Shown here: positions 23,242 to 28,656 of the stretch, piece after piece | Numbering within the stretch: position 1 is the stretch's first letter | Layout of the letters: every line of letters begins with the position of its first letter | NCBI GenBank assembly: GCA_026026165.1 | Contig: JAPEUD010000043.1 | Location: 186,001-214,656, forward strand | From: Sarea resinae | Taxonomy: Eukaryota | Length of the DNA stretch: 28,656 nt | Direction of reading: 5' to 3' | The notes under the pieces: generated by a model | Database searches by the model: none | Told to the model about the DNA's origin: nothing | What the model saw: only the letters and a program-made list of their open reading frames with translations | Made by a program: the position numbers and the translations under genes

Positions 23242-24779
23242 CGCGGACGAAAAGCAGCGCGCCATTGTGGTCGACCACCATTACAGATCGGGTCGAATGA
23301 TAGGTATTTAAAAGTTCAAAAAACAAACACAGTGAGTGTGGAATAGGTCAAGTGCTCACAACCATCACAGCATTCCCATTGTTTTCCGTGCCTGACGTTT
23401 GGAGCCCTGGAGCCCAGGGTGCCTGAATCTGGTGTTCGACGTATCCAAGCAGCACCGAACGAAATTACCCCACTAAGATGCCCTTATCAGCACGTGCAGA
23501 TAAGAGCCGTTCCTGATCCGCACCGCGGTATGAGCGAATGTCGCCGGCTCCCCGTCCGATCCCTGCCTTTCAGGAGACGATGAAAAGACAACGATATCAA
23601 ATCATCGACATCCTCAGAAGCCAACAATCAAGCGAGCGAATCCGCATTCCTACTCCGTAAATACTTCGCAGGCTTAGGCTCCTTTCCCGGCCAGACTCCG
23701 CCCCGCATATGCGCATTGCCCAGCTTGGCTCCCCTGCTCTTTTTCAACTCTAGGAGGGGGCGGCGGCTCTTCTTCCGATCGAGGTACCTTGTGCATGTAT
23801 GGACTCAGCTGTTGGAGTATCAATTGATGCTCGTACATCATAGAGAATCCATGACATGACAAATTTACGACCGTACGAGTACAAGTAAGCAAGCTGCAAT
23901 GATAGGGCACGAGTAGAGTAGGTACGTTCCACTGTACTCACAGTAGATCATCCACATACCCAAACCCCCTCTTCCATCAGGGGTTTCCAACACGCATCAC
24001 AATACCCACCCCTTTCATCTTTTTTTCACGAGATCCGTCTCCAGACGAAAGGGAAGAAGTGGGTACCATGTACTGCGGTACATGCAAAGAATAATCGCTG
24101 GGTTAGAGTAGTAGAATAACAACTCGGCCAAGGGGAAGCCCGATGTGATATTGTTACCACAACCAGTACTCTATGGCTGGAGCTTTCCAAGGGCATCTGC
24201 AGGGCCAAAGTGGGCTAGAGTACAGCGGGGACGAGGTGGTGGGGCCGGTAAGTGGGCTCTCAGAGGAGGACCCCTGTTCGAGCGAGCCGGCTTCGTTTGA
24301 TGCGGGCGGCTGGCTGCTGGCTGCCATGGGCGTCACACCGCTTGGTGGAGAGTACGGAGTGGAGTAATCCTGTACCTCATACCCACGGTAGGTAGGTACG
24401 CTAATGAGATCGCACTGCAATTCAAGGGCAAACGGGACTCGAGGCGAGGGCGAGTAAGGTCGTTGTATGATTCAAAGACGTGAAGGGAATTCCATCACCG
24501 TGATACCGATTCAGAAGGGGGAATAAAAAAAGGGGAATATATATTGCCGGATCAATGCATTGATGGTATTTACATCTCTCGTACTCTACATTTGACTCTA
24601 TATCCGTGTCCGTGCATCGTCCTATGTATAACTCCAAAGACCACAAAAAAAGCCCGCCTACACGTGCACGCAGAAGACCGTTCACCAGAACACCCGACCG
24701 ACCCTAGTGCTGCCAGCCAGAAAGAGCGACGCCCTGCAATCGAATAAGAAGCGCTTGAAACACAGCTTGCGGTCCATCG

Positions 24780-27107
24780 TCAACCAGCGACAGCCACGGC
24801 GTGAGTGACAGTGTCTGCGGGAGCCTCGAGGCCATGGCGAAAGTCCGCACGAGGCCTCAGCCCATAACGAGCATAGTGTTTACCCTGGTCGAATTCCTCC
24901 AATGCACGGTCATGCGGATCATCTGGTAGAGAAGATAGCTTTTTGGAAGCATGGGCGTTGGGTTTGATCGGTGACAACGCTTGCCTCTCACTCAGGTGCA
25001 AGATGTCTTCGCTTTTTCCTTGCCGATAACGTACTTGCTCATAGTAGCTCGTCTGCTCCCAGATGTGGTCTCGCTGAACGCCTCTGCTGATTCTCAGAGG
25101 CTTCTCTCTGCCGTAGATCGAGGGTCCGCGCAACTTCGGCTTCTCCGTAAGGATTTTCCTTATTTTCAAAACCATACGAGCGATGAAGTATTCAGAGTCT
25201 TCAAGGGCTTGCTCAAGAAGCTGTATAGGATCCTTAGGCTGATGGGTGGCTAGCCTTGGTTTTGTGGGTTTGTCAAAACGCAGAGACTTGGTCTTCGTCG
25301 GAGAATGAAGTACTCTTTCTTCCGTCAGACCTCGGTTTAGGGCTTCCCTGAGGATCCATTCGAATTCTCGGTGCTTTTTACAGACTCTGCAAAGCTGAAG
25401 CATCCAGTGATAAGCGCGGTCATCGACGTTTGACTGTTGAGGGAGCGCTCGAGAAATGGCCAACATGTTGAACCTGGATTGTCCATCAAATGCCCGGGGA
25501 TTGAGTTCAAGAGATGATGGTCGGTCTCCATTGTGGGCGAAAAGGCCTTGTATTTGCTCCCAGACGGTTTGGCCGATCATCCAATCGCGCTTTTGATAGC
25601 TATACTTCAGCAAAGACGTCAGGATTTCGACATTCGCATCATATCCTTCTCGGATCATCCGATTGTACCATTCTATGGCAGCTTCGATGCCCACAAATTT
25701 CAAAGTTCCATTGATGATGGCGCCGAACACGATCTGATTCATGGGAGGCCTTTGAAGAATCCTATCATCCCGACGATGAATCAAGCGCTCGTTGTCGCCT
25801 GATATGTAGATAGATGGTCGTGCGAGAGATAGGCCAGACTGATCAACGCCATCTAGCCTGGCGACGAATTTGAGGAAGCCGTGCTTGTTACCACAAGCAG
25901 TATAGAATTTGAGGATCGCGGAAACAGTCGTCTCATTCATCCTAATGTGGCTCTCGAGCAGCGAATCAATCACAAAGTTCGTCAAGGCATTTTCTTTGAA
26001 TCGAGAAAGGTAGATGATGAGGATGTTGTACGTGTCGACGCTTGGCGGAGAATTTGAAGAAAGGAGGTTGTAACAGAGTTTGCCAATCATAACCTGAAGC
26101 GTGGTCTTTTTTCGTGCGTGTTTATTGAGTATGGTGAGAAGAACCTTCTTTAAGCCCGCTTGCTCGTCGACGTTTGGCATGGGCCCATGCCCTAGGTATG
26201 AGGGAAGTTCAGGTGAATGGAATCCAGCCATCTCAAGGGCGTCGGGATGACATTCGAGAAAGAGTAGTTGCTTCTGCATTCTTCGGATCCTCGATGAGAG
26301 ATCTGCATGACTTTCCGTAGGCAGCTCTCGAAATCCTTCCGGGATCTGTTCCCCATGCCGTTTTGTAGCAGACGAATATACCAGCATGCGAAGAACCAAT
26401 TTTGCCACAGAGCACTCTTGGGTAACGAGCTTCTTCACGTCCAAGGGCTGCTTGATAGTCGCTACACCCCTGTCCGCAACTTGACCTTCCACTGATTGGG
26501 GGGCAAAGGTTCGCTCGCGTTTCAACCGCGCCTCGGAATGTCTAGTATTTTCTCTGAGAAAGTTGGAAAGATAGTCGAGTAAAAGTAATCGTTCTCTTCC
26601 CTCGGACCTCGTGACATTTTCGGTGCCCTTTTTAAGCAACGTTTCGAGAAGGTCTCGATCGATTGCAGCCTCCGTTGAATCTTCCTCGGAAGCCTTCTCC
26701 GTATCTGCTGGCTGCTCGAGAGCTTGCTTTCTTTGAGCATCCGCAAAGGCCGCTGATAGCCCATCGTTATCCACCGCGCGATGAACCTTGTGGTAATTGA
26801 TCTCTGGATGGGCTGTTTCCTGCTTTTCCATGGGAACGGCTGCATATTCTGCTTCCAACTCGGCTTTTGCGTCGTCGATGGCCTGATCCAATTCCGCCCG
26901 CCTTTTATCCTTGAACTTGGAATCCGCAACCGCGGCCGTCGCCATCACCGAGGAATAGAAGAGAGTGAATGCATCGCCAGGCAGGAGACGCCGTGGCGCC
27001 GAGGCCGCTGTCGTGGAGCGTCGAGCAACTGCCGTTGTTGAAGAGAGGCAGCTAGAACAGCGACAAGAGCACTTGGTGCGGGCTACTCGGGACCATAGAG
27101 TCTGCAT
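24780..27107 (-). CDS. Probable mitochondrial pentatricopeptide-repeat (PPR)-like protein, single exon
   Basis: Long uninterrupted ORF. Arg/Ser-rich presequence-like start MQTLWSRVARTKCSCRCSSC. PPR-like segments (PSVDTYNILIIYLSR, NETTVSAILKFY, NQIVFGAIINGTLK..AIEWYNRMIREG). Confidence 0.75.
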   Translation of the reverse strand: MQTLWSRVARTKCSCRCSSCLSSTTAVARRSTTAASAPRRLLPGDAFTLFYSSVMATAAVADSKFKDKRRAELDQAIDDAKAELEAEYAAVPMEKQETAHPEINYHKVHRAVDNDGLSAAFADAQRKQALEQPADTEKASEEDSTEAAIDRDLLETLLKKGTENVTRSEGRERLLLLDYLSNFLRENTRHSEARLKRERTFAPQSVEGQVADRGVATIKQPLDVKKLVTQECSVAKLVLRMLVYSSATKRHGEQIPEGFRELPTESHADLSSRIRRMQKQLLFLECHPDALEMAGFHSPELPSYLGHGPMPNVDEQAGLKKVLLTILNKHARKKTTLQVMIGKLCYNLLSSNSPPSVDTYNILIIYLSRFKENALTNFVIDSLLESHIRMNETTVSAILKFYTACGNKHGFLKFVARLDGVDQSGLSLARPSIYISGDNERLIHRRDDRILQRPPMNQIVFGAIINGTLKFVGIEAAIEWYNRMIREGYDANVEILTSLLKYSYQKRDWMIGQTVWEQIQGLFAHNGDRPSSLELNPRAFDGQSRFNMLAISRALPQQSNVDDRAYHWMLQLCRVCKKHREFEWILREALNRGLTEERVLHSPTKTKSLRFDKPTKPRLATHQPKDPIQLLEQALEDSEYFIARMVLKIRKILTEKPKLRGPSIYGREKPLRISRGVQRDHIWEQTSYYEQVRYRQGKSEDILHLSERQALSPIKPNAHASKKLSSLPDDPHDRALEEFDQGKHYARYGLRPRADFRHGLEAPADTVTHAVAVAG

Positions 27108-27434
27108 GTCGTCGCATACCTGGAGCACTCAATGATGGTCCAAGTTGCTCACCGAACTCTGAAAGATTCCTGGGAGCAGAGGTCCGATGATGGCAGATTG
27201 GGAGGGTGAGCCGGAATCGCGGAGCAGCGAAATTGGTGGTTCGTATGATGCCACCCAGGTCTGGTAGGTATCGGCAATCGTCCAGTGGTGCCGCTTTTGG
27301 CGTCGCACGCTGCAAACAGAGCAAACATCACCTGTGGCCGTCAGCGCATCTAAGCCCCGCCTATTTCTGTCAAGTCAATGCCAAAACACAGCGCTCATGA
27401 AATTGAAGTCAGGCGACCAAGGACTAAAATCACA

Positions 27435-28143
27435 ATGTTGGCTCTTACTCTGACGGCAGATCTGACCGGGTAGATATCTGACTTTGTCTGATTTCATCGA
27501 GGCAGAGCACTTATTCTCACAATAGGGTCACGAACCTCCGCCCAGACGACTCCGCCGAGGATCCCTACTACTACACCTTTAAAGTGCAATGCACGTCGTG
27601 CAGAGAGACTCACCCAAACTGGGTCAACGTCAGCCGTTATGTGAGTTGTTTTACGGGCCAACTGGAAAGAGTAGAGCGTGAGACCAATGCGTCCAGGAAT
27701 CCCACGAATTGACAGGCAGCCGAGGAGAGGCCAACTTTGTTTGGAGATGCAAGTCCTGCAAGGTTCGTGACAACGTCATGGGAGAACGTTGTCCATTACT
27801 CAATATTCAGAGCTGAGATTGCTTCAGAGAGAATCGTCGGCCACCGTCAAAGTTGCGCCAATGCCATATCAGCAGAGCTCGCCGCCGAAGAGACAAAACA
27901 TCTTGGAATTTGACTGCCGTGGACTGGAGTTTACCGACTTCAAGTCTGATGTACGCTTGTGTGACACTCAATGCGTCCGACATAGCTAACGATCTTCAGG
28001 GAGAGTGGCTTGCGGATGGATTGGAGTCGCCCACGAAGTTTGCAGGTATTGATCTAGCAGAGGGTGAGTGGTTCGACTACGACGAAAAGGCGGGCGAGGA
28101 GGTCAGCATTAAGGATGTGAAGTGGGAAGTCCGTAGGGCTTGA
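27435..28143 (+). CDS. UPF0587/DUF866 CxxC zinc-binding protein (C1orf123/CZIB-like); exons 27435-27469, 27526-27640, 27697-27762, 27828-27950, 28000-28143
   Basis: Spliced product MLALTLTADLTGVTNLRP..YYYTFKVQCTSCRETH..GSRGEANFVWRCKSCKRE..FDCRGLEFTDF..GEWFDYDEKAGEEVSI. Four GT-AG introns. Confidence 0.9.
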
Positions 28144-28521
28144 CGGGCCGAGAGCAAATGCTCTCGGCTCCTTTGATCTTGTATTCTAGCTTGTGATGCA
28201 TATGACAAAAATCTCTACCTCCTTGGAATCATCTAAGAGACGAACCCCACCTTGATACCGTAAAGGTATCTTGATATCGTAAGGTAATCCGAGGCCCAAA
28301 AGCAGCAGCCTTTGAGCTCGCGCTAGTCTCAATACGACCCCTCGCCCTCACCACCATCTACTACGCGCAGAGCCGCACCTTAAATTTCCCAGGCCTTACT
28401 CACCACCAAAACCACCTACCTATTATTCCCTGCCCTGCCTACCTACTTACCGACTTCTGAACATCATCTCCCACATGCGCCGCGCAAACGCCTACTTCAA
28501 TTCCAGTAGCCCGCCGCAATC

Positions 28522-28638
28522 ATGAGCGTATGCCGTCGTCCCTCATCCCTGCGAGGCATTGATCTCTCGCTGCATAACCGCCAGCTAACAGCGTTCGCAG
28601 TTTGTCCCTCTCAACCCGCGGCCGATGCTGCAACAACT
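28522..28638 (+). CDS. SMX3: Small nuclear ribonucleoprotein SmF, 5' partial (exons 28522-28527, 28601-28638; continues beyond the window)
   Basis: ATGAGC|GTATGC..GCTAAC..CAG|TTTGTCCCTCTCAACCCGCGGCCGATGCTGCAACAACT|GTATGC gives MSFVPLNPRPMLQQL, matching the fungal SmF N-terminus. Only 15 codons are visible. Confidence 0.75.
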
Positions 28639-28656
28639 GTATGCGCCCCCCCCCCC

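Noticed and set aside
23430..23470. TTCGGTG-containing segment resembling RNase P CR-I on the minus strand
   Set aside because: The match is poor and no complementary CR-V/P4 partner was found.
27108..27128. Upstream GTG-started extension of the PPR-like ORF in the ORF track
   Set aside because: Eukaryotic gene; the ATG at 27107 begins a presequence-like N-terminus.

Overview
Eukaryotic DNA from a filamentous ascomycete (Pezizomycotina-type: short GT-AG introns with CTRAC branch sites). The window is gene-dense and mostly housekeeping. In order: SDR oxidoreductase (+), SRP RNA gene (-), SIT4/PP6 phosphatase (-), UPF3 (+), intron-containing U3 snoRNA gene (-), an unexplained GC-rich four-copy repeat/hairpin array between AT-rich flanks (~7.5-8.2 kb), PRMT5/Skb1/Hsl7 (-), PRP43 (+), a (GATG)25 microsatellite, GDE1 (-), a small His/Cys papain-like-motif protein (-) divergent from an APH-family phosphotransferase (+), a G32 tract, a probable mitochondrial PPR-like protein (-), UPF0587/DUF866 (+) and the first two exons of SmF (+). 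The ORF track misses the two ncRNA genes and the SmF start. Most interesting: the 7.57-8.11 kb repeat array, a hairpin that could sequester a PRMT5 5' splice site, and the concentration of RNA-processing genes. All family assignments come from recognising sequences by eye, not from database searches. Exon boundaries were inferred manually.
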